A stretch of DNA of 64,000 nt from Camelus dromedarius. Its lineage: Eukaryota. This document shows, piece by piece, positions 1 through 11,234 of the stretch; position 1 is the first letter of the stretch; each line of letters begins with the position of its first letter. Position numbers and translations under genes: made by a program. Under the pieces are notes generated by a model. The model worked only from the letters and a program-made list of their open reading frames with translations, was not told the DNA's origin and ran no database searches. The DNA lies in NCBI RefSeq assembly GCF_036321535.1, contig NC_087437.1:72604001-72668000 (forward strand), read 5' to 3'.

Positions 1-108
1 CCTCCCTGATGTCAGGTCCTAGCTGTGTTGGTGGGCTGGCTCCCTTCCCACTCCCCTCAAACCATTCCCCCACCACCACTGCAGAATTGTGGCTTTACCT
101 TTACACAG

Positions 109-392
109 TGAAAAAGCCTTTCACAACATCAAGCAGCCCCTTACGAAGGTTCTGGTCCCCAGGATGGAGCACGCAGTGTCTCCACTGCCAGAAGTCCCAG
201 TTCTTGGTCCCCTGCTCTACAGACCAGATTCAATACCAGTCCTGTTTTATAAATCTTATTAAGAGTCTCGCTCTTTGACTCCTGTCTCCTATCTCAAATT
301 CTAGAATCAACATCTCAGAGAATCAACTGATATTACCAAGGAGGAGATGAACATCTATGAAAACCTCCAGAATAAACCTGAATGAAAGTCTG
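109..392 (+). other. SLC9C1: Probable penultimate exon (C-terminal tail region) of SLC9C1 sperm-specific Na+/H+ exchanger; boundaries and frame uncertain
   Basis: Acceptor ctttacacag (99-108; alternative cactgcag ending at 84) and donor CTG|GTAAAC (GT 393-394). Translations contain TARSP..TRFN and SRINL, resembling my recollection of the human SLC9C1 C-terminus but spread over different frames. Position upstream of GCSAM on the same strand fits known synteny. Confidence 0.5.
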
Positions 393-1834
393 GTAAACTG
401 CCTCAGTTTCCCCGACATGATCAGGAGCACGCCTGTCCCTGGAGATGCAGACTGAAGCCAGAAGTTTCTTTGTCCTTTGTGTGATAGCGTGCATTATCCC
501 ACTTTCCATGAGCCAGCTGATCCTTCTAATGACACTAGTTCTAAACTCTAATTTGGAGACTTAACTTTAGAATAAGATTCCTTTATCTAGATTTCTGAAA
601 ACTTTATACTCTCATGGTTTTTTCTCCATATTCTGTTACTTAATCTCGAATGCAACACTGATTGCTCGTAATTCGGCAAGTCATTTTTCAGGCTGCCATG
701 TCTTGTGGAAGATAGAAACAGGCCATAAGCTATGACTTCATTTTCAAGAGCGTATGTTCTGCTTAAGGAGACAAAACATACCAGAAGACAATTAAATAAC
801 AATACAAGATACACTATGAATAGTGCCAACTGAAGCTAAATGAATTTAAAAGAGAAACAGGTAGAGACCGAGCATAAACAAAGACTTTGTAGAGAAAGGA
901 AGCAGATGTTCAGAACAGAAGACACAAGAGAGCGAGACTTTTGAGGAACAATGACTAGACCGGTCTGGCTATTGGCTATTCAAAATGTGGTGTCTATGGG
1001 GAAATATTTGTGTATATATGTGCTTTATATGGCTCTATATTACATTAAACATATCCCTGGGTTTAAAAATGACCTTCAGATAAATTGTTTTATTTCTTTT
1101 TTTTCCTTTTTCAGTTTTATTATGTAGAATTATTACAGTTCAACTGCACATACACATTATATTGCATGTAAATACATATATACAGTATACTTTGAAATTA
1201 TTTTATCTCCATTTCAAAAATGTTAGCTCTTGCATGCCACTTCCTATGATAAAGATCATATTTAAAAATAGATTTAATGGCTAACAATACACCATGAAAA
1301 AAATTATTTACAAAAATTACTTGCAACACAATGAATATCTTTACATGGGAAAGATGTATACATAATGCCTAGGAAAACACTGTGATTCCAACAGGTAGAC
1401 TTATGAACAGCCATTCAGAGACAAGGCAATAACCAGTACATGGAGAGAATTTTAAACGCAAAATTAGACAACATAAAGTATCAACATTTGCTTTCTTAAA
1501 TGAGCAATTTTATTCAATGGTAAAGTTTATTTCCTTTGAAATAGATGAAAATAGAGTGAAACTTGTTTTCTCATAGACAAGCAAAAGTAATTTGTAACAA
1601 AAGTCATAAAAATGCTCACATACAATTCAGTGATTTTTCTTCTGAGAATTAATCTAAAGAGAGTAATTCAAAGTATTCAAGTAGATATATGTACAAAATG
1701 TCTAGTTACACTACTATTTCTAGTAGCAAAACTTTTTAAACGTCCAAGTGTTCAACAATAAGAAAGTGTAAAATTTCACTACAGAGCATCTGCACAAGGA
1801 ATATCATACAACCATTAAAAAGACTGGTTGGAAA

Positions 1835-2095
1835 GGGGAAAGGGGGTGGGGGAGGGATAAATTAAAAGTTTGGGATTAGCAGATACAAATTACTACACAT
1901 AAAACAGATAAACAGCAAGGTCCTACTATATAGAACAGGGAACCATATTCAATATCCTGTAATAAACCATAATGGAAAAGAATATGAAAAAGAATATACT
2001 TGTGTGTATAAGTATAACTGAATCACTTTGCTGTACACCAGAAAGTAACACAACATTGTAAATCAACTCTACTTCAATTAAAAAATAAAATACAA
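1835..2095 (+). mobile_element. LINE-1 3' UTR fragment, cetartiodactyl-like
   Basis: gggataaatt...agatacaaattact...gaatcactttgctgtacaccagaaa...acattgtaaatcaact plus an A-rich tail; homologous to copies at 33510-33735, 39940-40180 and 41150-41380. Confidence 0.85.
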
Positions 2096-2753
2096 AGAAG
2101 GATAAACACAACTTAAATTATGTTAATTATATTACAAAGATTTTAGGAATATGCAAAAAAATAAAATGGTTAAGTAGTCCAATATAAAAGAGGTAGGCAA
2201 AATTGCACAAACAAATTTTTTAGCATGAAACAAGGCCAGAAAAGATAAATCCAAATGATGCAATTGTATGTTAGAAGGTGAGATTGGGGAAGGTTTTGTT
2301 TACTGCTCTTATCTTAAGTGGTTTTGTTACTTTTATAGTGAAAAAATATGATCATAAAACTATCAAGCATGATTTAATTCACAGTGCTAGGAAAAGGAGT
2401 GGTAACAGCCAGCGCTGAATCAGTGAGTGATAATGACTCCAGGCAGTTATTCCCACAATGGGAAACCTTCCTCCTGAAAATCCATAATCTAGCCCTGACC
2501 AGTTCCACAGACTCCCCTGGTTTCTTGGATTTGGGCTCTCAGTTTAAATCACGCTGCCACCGCTTTATGACGAGTGATTCACACTCACCTGCTCAACTTT
2601 ATTCCTTGGCCTCATCAATAATGATCCAAAGATGTTTCTCATGGGAATGAAACTGACCCTCTAGTACATCCTATTCTGGGTTGTGGATCAACATTGAAAG
2701 ATTCCAAAGGTTTTGTTTTTTTTTTCCTTTGTTTTTTCCCTTCTCCTTTCCAG

Positions 2754-3130
2754 GAATGGTTGACAAGACTGTTCTGAAGACTAACACACGTATTGGCACT
2801 GCTGTCTTGAGACGCCTCCTGTTTTTGAAACACATTTCCCCCCCTCAAGAGGGATCAACTTCAAGTCGAATCTTGTGTGGATATTCTCGGTGCCACAGGG
2901 AAAGAAATTTGGTCCTTGCCACCATTCCATTTAAAATACGTTTTTTGCAAAATTTCCTTGATTTAAAACATCTATTATTTAAAGTGTCTAAAATATCAGA
3001 AAATCTTTAAGTTTTAGTTTTAGAGCCAGAAAATAAGCTTATGCCACTTAGATAGTTTGCATATTATTCTTAGAGCAAAAATGTTTTGATTCACTTTATG
3101 AAAAATAAAATGTTATTAAAATGTAGTTAA
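2754..3130 (+). other. SLC9C1: Probable terminal, mostly 3' UTR, exon of SLC9C1
   Basis: About 40-nt polypyrimidine tract ending ctttccag (2711-2753), then AATAAA at 3104-3109 and ATTAAA at 3115-3120; about 8 kb upstream of the GCSAM start. The 3' end is approximate. Confidence 0.5.
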
Positions 3131-3339
3131 AATGTTGCTCTTGAACCAAGGATTGATTTTTGCCTTTCATTACACTTCACTCCTCTTGGAAGCACTCAGT
3201 GAGTTCAAACAGTAGTGAATGGAAACGGATTTAGGCTAAACCATGTAACTCTGTCCTAAATGAAACTTCCAGTATCCACTTTGTTCACCATTACATTTAT
3301 AACCATGAGCACAATGCCCAGCATGTAATTTTTACAAAT

Positions 3340-3560
3340 AACCTTAACAGTGAAAAGTTACTGAGTGCTTTCTGTATGCTAGTGTAAAACAAATGCTATA
3401 CAGTTATGAATATATTTAAACTTCATGGCAACCATACAAGGAAGGTATTATTATTTCCGATTTACAAATGAGTGAACTGAAAGAGTGAGTGTAACTTGCC
3501 AGAAATCTCACAGCTAGTGAGAGGCAAGCAAAGATTTGAAAACCAACCCTAAGATTAGCT
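3340..3560 (-). mobile_element. MIR SINE remnant
   Basis: tactgagtgctttctgtatgc...attatttccgatttacaaatgagtgaactga...aacttgcc...cacagctagtga, a MIR core pattern. Confidence 0.6.
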
Positions 3561-5198
3561 ATTTTACCATATATCCCTCCAGTATCTGAAGAATTAATAA
3601 AAATTTAAATATATGTCTTCAGGATCGTGCTTCCACTCAGGGGTTGGGAAATGCTGTTCCAAATTTTGTTCTTGCCACACCTGGTGGTGGGCACGTTTTC
3701 AGAAGCTGAGTGGGGAGACTCTGTTCACAAAATGTGCTTGTGGAGAAGACAGTCTGGTCAACTGCTGTTGGGTAAATTGAACCAAACTATCGCTTCTGTG
3801 CAAGACTAACCCCAACTGGTTGTTTTGCTTCCCCCCCCCCCCCCCAGTGATAATTACATGAAAGCTGTTTTAGTGTCTGAAGAATCTTATTAATGAACAC
3901 CCTTCCTCTCCTGATTTCTGAACCGATTGAAAATTAAGGATGAAAACAAAGGATGAAAGCAGTTAGAGCCTAAGACACCTCCAACCCTTGCCCTCCGCCC
4001 CCGCCCCCACCCCGCCGCAAATACACACACCTTTATTAGTAACTGAGGTGACATAGAGCACGTGGTCCCCTTCTGACCCCCAAATTTGGACAGATTGACC
4101 ACTGCAGGCATTTACCATTCACTGAGTGCATAACTGAGACCAGCAGAAAGTAGATGTCTAAGGGCAAGCTCACTTCCAAAAGAAATCAAGAAGGGGTTGG
4201 ACAGAGAATATCCAGGTTCTGCTTCCAAATCTATCAACCTGATAAGTTACTACACCTCAGCAGAACAGACAAGGAGGTGGTGATAAGGCAACGGGGCGTT
4301 AAGGCAACGGAGAGTGAAGCCCTCAGTCTGGACACCGAGAGAGGAAGACGTGCCCTCCCTCAGTGACAGCGAGCTTAGTGCGCACCAGACCTCTGCAGGG
4401 GGCGTTGCCCTCATTTTAGCTTGGGCAATCAGTACACGAATTTTAGGAGGTAGGTACTATTACCACCCCGTTTTAAACAAAGTAATGGAGCTTAAAGAAT
4501 TCAGGTAAATTATTCCAAGTCACAGCTAGACGTGACGACACTGAGACCCAAATCTCCCAAGCGCATTCAGAATAATTTACAATGCTTTTAAACTTCTTTA
4601 GATTTTATTTTGGAAATCTAAGCCATTGGAGAAGAGAAGGATACACTCCTCAAACGTTAGTCATTGTCAGTGTTCGACTAGGTCTGTGTCCTCGAGCCTA
4701 AACACTTCCACGTGGGGAAAGAAGCCTGAACAAGGCACTGAGATGTGAAATAATCCCAGCACCTTGCGTCCCCACCGTCGTCAGCAGGGTACTGTGACTG
4801 GGTGCCCAGGATGCTGCCTTCACAGGAAGGAAGGTGTTGCTCAGCCTTTGGCCTGAGGAGGGCGCTTGGAGCTCACTTTCATTTACTCTTCAGGGGAAGT
4901 TACTTATTTGCTTACAAGGCCCAGAACACTCTGCCTTTAACATTTTTAGATAAAAGATTTTCCTTGGTCCCTTGACCACTGGGATTTTTTAAATTTAGCT
5001 TTTAACTTTTACAGTGCTTAAACCTCGTTTGTATTTTTTTCCCTCTAGTTACATAATCTATATTCTATGTTAGCCTTACTGATGAAAAACAGGAAACTTT
5101 GCAGCTGAAGGATCTTTCTTCCCAAGAGCCATTCATTCCCACACAACGGCCCAAACAATGACAGGGAAGTGTTATGCCATCCACCTGCCCAGTACATC

Positions 5199-5282
5199 AT
5201 TAATCTATTAATATTAATCTATTAATATTAATATTATGTTATATTATACATTAATTTATTAATGTATACATAATTAATGTAT
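5199..5282. repeat. AT-rich low-complexity tract with a short tandem duplication
   Basis: attaatctattaat occurs twice in tandem, followed by the near-palindrome tacattaatttattaatgta. Confidence 0.7.
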
Positions 5283-6186
5283 CCCCAGTACATACCTTAA
5301 GAGTCCTCTTAATGAGCTGAACAAATTCCCATTTTTGTTTCCAAACAGTCCCCTTCCCATTAAAAACAACCTTCTGTTTTATTATTGCTCTCAAGAAGAC
5401 ATATCCCCAGAAAGCAAAATCCCCAGTCCCAAAGTCCACTTAAAGAGGTCTTGGAACTGTGTTGCTACTTCCTTTTTAAAGCCAAATACTCCCTAATGAG
5501 GAATATCAGCCATTAACAGTCATAGTTTTCAAACACATAACTCTCTGACACTAGCCAGGACTCCTAATCGACTCACATTCTGGACCACGGAGTAAAGAAT
5601 TAGAAAATCACACTCAGGGAGATGTCTCAGTACTACCCCCCAGGCAGGCCTCGCCCCTCTACAAGACTTCTGCAGGGAAGCAGGCTGCAGAAGCCACTAA
5701 ACTCTTAGATCCCCGACTCCAAGAATTCTTAAATGAGCTAGCTCTTGTCCTGTCATAAGAAGCTCCAAAAGAATTCTTCTTAGCATAAATAGCTCTCCCA
5801 GCTCCCATCTCTAATCACAAAAGCCTAAAAAGGAAGGACTAGGCCAGAGGTGGATTTACACCGTCTAGTTCTTTGAGGCTGAAAGGGTTCAAAGAGTCAC
5901 TCTTAACCCAAAAGGCCTCTAAGCTGCCTTGGCAGCTGAAGTCAGGCTGGACTGGAAAGTGCCAACTAAAAATCACTGGCCATGGGGCTCTGCAAGAGCT
6001 AAGTCATGAGCCATGGCAGCCACTGCCCTTAAATGCACCCTGCCAGGGGCTCGGGGTCGGGGTCAGGAAGGAGGAGCTCTGTGCTCTGGGAAGACAGGCG
6101 GGACAGGACTTCAGGTAGTTAAATATTTTCAGAAGAAAATTTTATAAACTTATTATTTCTTCCCATACTTAGAGAAGCAATAAAAT

Positions 6187-6415
6187 CATTAACTGAGGTA
6201 TCTGTTCTTCATGACTACCAGTAAACTTCTACTGAGATGTGTGCTTGGTTGCAACCCCTCCTCCAAAATTACGTGTGTGCTGACCTCCCCCTTACCTCTT
6301 CGGAGCAGTTCCTCAGATCTACCTGAGAGGCTGTCTCCTGAGCCGTAGTCCTCAGTAAATCCCCAAATAAAACTGAACTCACAGCTCTCACGCTGTGCAT
6401 TTTTTTTGGTTGACA
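6187..6415 (+). mobile_element. Short ERV-type solo LTR remnant
   Basis: LTR-like layout: aataaa at 6366-6371, U5-like T-rich stretch, ends ...ggttgaCA. Confidence 0.6.
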
Positions 6416-6559
6416 AATGCACACAAGAACTGGGAAGTCATAACATACTCCAACCACTTAAATATGTTTTAGACTTTCTGAACGCAGTGGAGTGATACGG
6501 GCCCAAGTTCAAAGCCAGACCCATCCTTCCACAAGTACTTATTGAACAGGACAATGGAT

Positions 6560-6775
6560 AAATAAAGTCATGCCCTGTTTGAACTTATATCCTAGCTCTC
6601 TTACTATTGGGGTGTCTGGAGCAAGTCCCTTGACTGCTATGAGCTTAGTGTCCTCATCCACAAAATAGAGGAAATGGTATTTAACCCACAGAATTCTTAC
6701 ATGAACAAATAAGAAATTGTATCCAAAATGTTTTAACACAGTGCATGGATTATAGAAAGCTCTCAACAAATGATT
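6560..6775 (+). mobile_element. MIR SINE remnant
   Basis: atcctagctct...gagcaagtcccttgac...gagcttagtgtcctcatccacaaaatagag...aaagctctcaacaaatg. Confidence 0.6.
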
Positions 6776-7240
6776 GTTCTGATTTTATTCTCCTGTGATC
6801 TTGCAGGTGTAGCAAAACAGGCTTAGCATTGGTCATGAATTCTTACAGTAATGCCTATGGGTAGGAAAGTAAATTTAAAGATGCCAACTCGTTCTCCCTC
6901 TGATTTCACCATCATCCGCTTACAAACATCCAGGCTTTTATTTCTAGTTCAGTTAATATAATTTCTCATTTGTATTAGGCACTAGAGTAAAACCAAAAAA
7001 GATAAAGAGAATGTATGATTCAAAGGTTTGTTATTTTGGCTTCTTTGTGTGGATGTGTATTTGCTGTACTTTTATTTGTGGGATAGAAGTACGTTACTTA
7101 ATCCAGAGTCATTTTCACAGCAATAAATGTGTATATTGTAAGTGCCCTGCTCCTTCCTGCTACCTTACACAATCATAAGACATTTTCATGATCAGTAGCT
7201 AATGCTTCCACAGCTCAGCTTCTCCATCTAATGGCCTGAG

Positions 7241-7665
7241 TGAAACTGAAAGTTGAAAGTTAGGGCGCAATTCCCTAAATTACAATGGCAGACTGATTTC
7301 TAACCCTCACCCCTATGGTGTTGTCTCTTGGATTCAAGCCTTTGCTCAACCTGGAAACTAACTAAGCCAGTCCTGGGGCGGCGTGCAGGCTGTTTGCTCA
7401 AGCGGCCCCACCCTGGGTGTGGGATATCTTAATTCATATTGGTGAGGAGTCACCAACAGCCTCACTGACCGCTAAGCTCCCCTGCCCTTTTTGCCTTTCT
7501 CCAGATGCTGAGAAACTCTGGTTCCTGCTGCTGACCTCTAGAGGGTGCAACAGGTACAGAGGCCACTGGGGAGGGAGACTTTTAAATTGAATGTTAATTT
7601 TTTTCCTGAAAGTAACAGGGAAGAGAAGGATTAGTTACAACAGTGTATCAAGACTCCTTCATCTC

Positions 7666-7705
<40 letters not shown>

Positions 7706-8297
7706 CTTCTTTACACACAAAATGGCAGACCATTGGCTGTTATCTCCGATTTCCTATATATACCACAGTGGAACAAAACTTGCCACCCCAGAATAGCTCT
7801 TTGGCTTGAGGATTATTGGGGGCTGATTGTTTTTAAAAAACAAAAAGAGCTTAAGAGCTCTTTCTTTTTACCTCTCTCTTAACTGCCTAGAAGAATTTAG
7901 ATAAAGGGCCTGGTCCAGGAAGAGTACTATTACCCAAGACCTCTACAAAGAACATGGGCTGGTGTGGCAGGGAGACCTCAGCAGGTCCCGGGGACCAACG
8001 TGCTCTCTGCATCCCACTGTCTCTGAAGGGCCCAGCAAGCATCTGTATCTCCAGCTCCATGTGAATTGCCTTCCTCCTGAGTCTCAGACCCTACCCCCTC
8101 TCCTTCTCTCAGAAGGCATATAAGCCTCAATTGCCTAACTTGTCCTTGAATGTCATATTCTTATGGAGCCCGCGTATGTTTACAATTAAATTTGGGTTTT
8201 TTTCCTGCTAATCTTTCTCCTGTTGATTTAATGCTTAGACCAGCCAGGATAACCTAGAGGAAGTTTTGGGGTTTCTTTTTTTCCCTCCCCCACAACA
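7241..8297 (+). mobile_element. ERV1-like solo LTR with an internal (CA)n
   Basis: Starts TGaaactg and ends cacaaCA; TATA-like gcatataag near 8117 and attaaa near 8185; U5-like tgctaatct..ctgttgatttaat..tagaccagcc. Family not determined. Confidence 0.65.
7667..7702. repeat. (CA)n microsatellite
   Basis: Directly visible. Confidence 0.95.
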
Positions 8298-8627
8298 GAA
8301 TAGAAAGCTTTAGGTGACTTGTAAGGTATTCCTTAAAATTTATGATAATTATCCAGCCTGGGGAAAGAAGTCATTTTAACAGAGAATGGGAGGAACAGAC
8401 TAGGGCAGTCATAGATTTCTTAGATCTGTATGCAGTGGACATCCTTAATTTTTAATAGATGCTTTGTTTAGGATTTTCTTTCTTACTTCACTGCTTCATC
8501 TAATTTACTGAGGAGTGGGTTTCCTCACCCTGAATTTTAGTTATTCTGGAAATAAGAAAATCTGCTATCTTAATATCTTTCCTAGGGTTAATTACCTAAG
8601 AGATTAATGAAAAGTTGAATGGAGGTA

Positions 8628-9287
8628 TGGTTGGAGAAACATAATTAAAAACAAAATCTCCTGCCACCTCAGAAAACCTCCCACCAAAGTAGAAGAAAAA
8701 GAAAGTTTTTATTATTGAATAAGCATTAAACCAGAATGTAATGAGAATTATCGGCAACCCACTAAAAAGATTACAAAAACAAAGAAATCGTGCCCTTTTA
8801 TATAGACAAGCAGATACAACCCATTGTATACATTTTCTCAAGATAATGTCTAGTCCTCCAATAAGAGGACTTCACTGCACTATTTGTCACACATTTTTCA
8901 TCCTAAATGCATTTGGCAATATGTTTAGTAATTGTCCTTAAAAGACAAAATTTCCTCTTATCTTTTTGTCTGGAGGTAGGTTTGCAATTTGGAGCCAGGT
9001 GCCAGATGAAGTCTGGCTCCTCTCCTCCCAGAAACCTGGGAGATAAGGGCCCTATTTTCCCTGATGATTACATTTCAAAAATATGGCCCCCCAGGTGCTG
9101 GAGGAAACATGCTTGGATTGCTTATTTAGCTCTTTAAGAGATTTACATGTATTTTAAAGATGGAGAGACAGAATTTACAAGTTTTGGAAAATAACTGCTC
9201 TAAGAAACGGGAGGGGAGAAAGTCTCTGTCCTTATTTTCAACAGACAGAATTAGTCTTCTTATTTTTCATTTGTATTTGTACTGACA
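8628..9287 (-). mobile_element. ERV1 solo LTR, MER34-family-like
   Basis: Minus strand begins TGtcagtacaaatacaaatgaaaaataagaagactaattctgtctgttgaaaataagg and carries TATA (ttttatata on +) and polyA (tttatt on +) signals in LTR order. Confidence 0.7.
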
Positions 9288-9879
9288 GTACTAAAATGTA
9301 AATATTACATTATAAATTATAAGTAATAACATATTTTGATTCAAGCACCAAGCCCTCCTAGGTTGGCATTACCCTCCTTTCCCTGTCACAGGCCCCCCTC
9401 ATTCCAGAATACCTTCTCCTAGGCAAGGGGTGTCTGCCTTTTGGCCCATCTGAAATAACGTGCTCCTGGTAATCCCGCATAGAGGCAGCCTGAAGTCTGG
9501 AGAGCGGCTGCAGGGCCCAGGGTGCTTGCTGCGTGATGGGTCTGGTGTTGCACAACTGGTACCCAATTTCTCTAACGCTCCTTCTTCTAAACTGCCTCCC
9601 CACATGGCCCTGCCTGTCGCGAGTGTGACCTCTGTATTACTCCAGGACAAGCCATAAAGTCTTTTGCACTTTGTTCCACTTCAAGGAGCTCTACAAAGGC
9701 AGGCCTGTATCTGCTCTGTTCACTGCTGAACTCACGGTGGCCAGCATACAGCAGGCACTCAGCATATCCTTGTTAAAGGAATGAAGGAACACATGTGTGA
9801 CCAAACTGAAACTAACCATCAACTATAAGAATAATTCTAAAAATCCACAATTTCTGCCCCTAAGTTCATTTCTTTCTTT

Positions 9880-10830
9880 TCTTAACCTCTTTCTATTGAG
9901 ATATAATTTATGTACAGTAAAACACACTCTTTTTGGTATACAGATCTATGAATTATGAGAAACATACACAGTTACGTCACCACCACCACAAGATACAGAA
10001 CAACAAAAAAATTCCCTCCCGACCCTTGAAGGTCAACCCCTCCCACCCTCCTCTTGGCCACCACTGATGTGTTTTAGGTCCCTATGGTTTTACTTTGTCC
10101 TGAATGTCACAAAAAGTAGGCTTTAAGTCTGGCTTCTTTCACTCAGCATAACGCTTTGACATTCACCCATGCCATTGTATATGTTAGTAGCTCATTCCTT
10201 TTTATTACTGGGCAGGATCCTATTGTGTGGATGTGATATAGTTTGTTTAGCCAGTCACTACTTGAGATCACTTGGGTTATTTCCAGGGTTTGAGGGGATG
10301 GCAATTGTGAGTCAAGCAGCTACAAATATATGCATACAGGTTCTTAGAAGTCTCAATTTTCTTTTTCACTTGGGTAAATGCCTAGGAGTGGGGTGGCCAG
10401 GTTGTATTTAATTTTATAAGAAACTGCCGTACTGTTTTCCAAAGAGGCTGAACAATTTTGCATTCCCAGCGGTAAGACTTCCAGATGCTCTGCTTCCCTT
10501 GTCAGCACTTGGTATTATGAGTTTTTGTTTTTTATTCAGTGTTAGCCATTCCAGTAAGTGTGCAAAAAATACTGCACTGCGGTTTAGATTTACATTCTCC
10601 TAATGACTATGGTGTTGAGCATCTTTGCATGAATTTATTTGTCAATTGTACATTTTCTTTGATGAAATACCTGTTCAAATATCTTGTCCATTTATTATTG
10701 GATATTTGTTTTATCCTTAGTGAGTTCTGAGCGTTCTTTATACACTTTGGATAAAAGTCTTTTTATCAATGTGTTTGCTAATATTTTCTACTGGTCTGTG
10801 GCTTGACTTTTGTGTTAAGCTTTTTTGTTT
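9880..10830 (-). mobile_element. Old L1M 3' region
   Basis: tattgagatataatttatgtacagtaaaa...tcactcagcataac...aaactgcc..actgttttccaaagaggctg...gttgagcatcttt, typical antisense L1 3' UTR and ORF2 end. Confidence 0.85.
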
Positions 10831-10919
10831 TAAAAACAAAGTTCCCCTCTCTGACGTTTCTAGGTCTACAAAGTGGTTTAATAAGCTTAAGGCATCTGAA
10901 ATTAAAAACCCTCAGGGCC

Positions 10920-11205
10920 TGTTTATAAATGCAGACAGGGCTTCCCCATTTGCTCATTGACGAATGGCTTCTGGTTAAGGGCAATAACCCGGTTCTTTCA
11001 GCCTCTGATATTTTAGGAAGTGGTGCATGTGACTTTTCTGAATCTCCTCCCTCTGGGCTCCCCTCCCCTCTGCAGAGGAAGACTCTTCTGCATTCAGCTC
11101 TCTCTGCACCGGTGGCCAGAGCAACGCAGCCCCGTCTCTGAGTCAGGAGCTGCTGCTGTCAGGGCACAGGGCAGGCTGGGGGAAGGCACCAGGAGGACTG
11201 AGAGG
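10920..11205 (+). promoter_or_regulatory. GCSAM: Putative GCSAM proximal promoter and 5' UTR
   Basis: Immediately upstream of ATG 11206; ETS/PU.1-type AGGAAGTG at 11015-11022 and tttataaat at 10922-10930. The TSS cannot be determined from sequence. Confidence 0.45.
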
Positions 11206-11234
11206 ATGGGGAACTCTCTGCTGAGGGAAAACAA
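11206..11234 (+). CDS. GCSAM: GCSAM (HGAL/GCET2) coding exon 1: MGNSLLREN(K)
   Basis: aggATGG Kozak context, N-myristoylation-type MG start matching the HGAL N-terminus; donor AA|GTGAGT; 29 nt. Confidence 0.95.
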
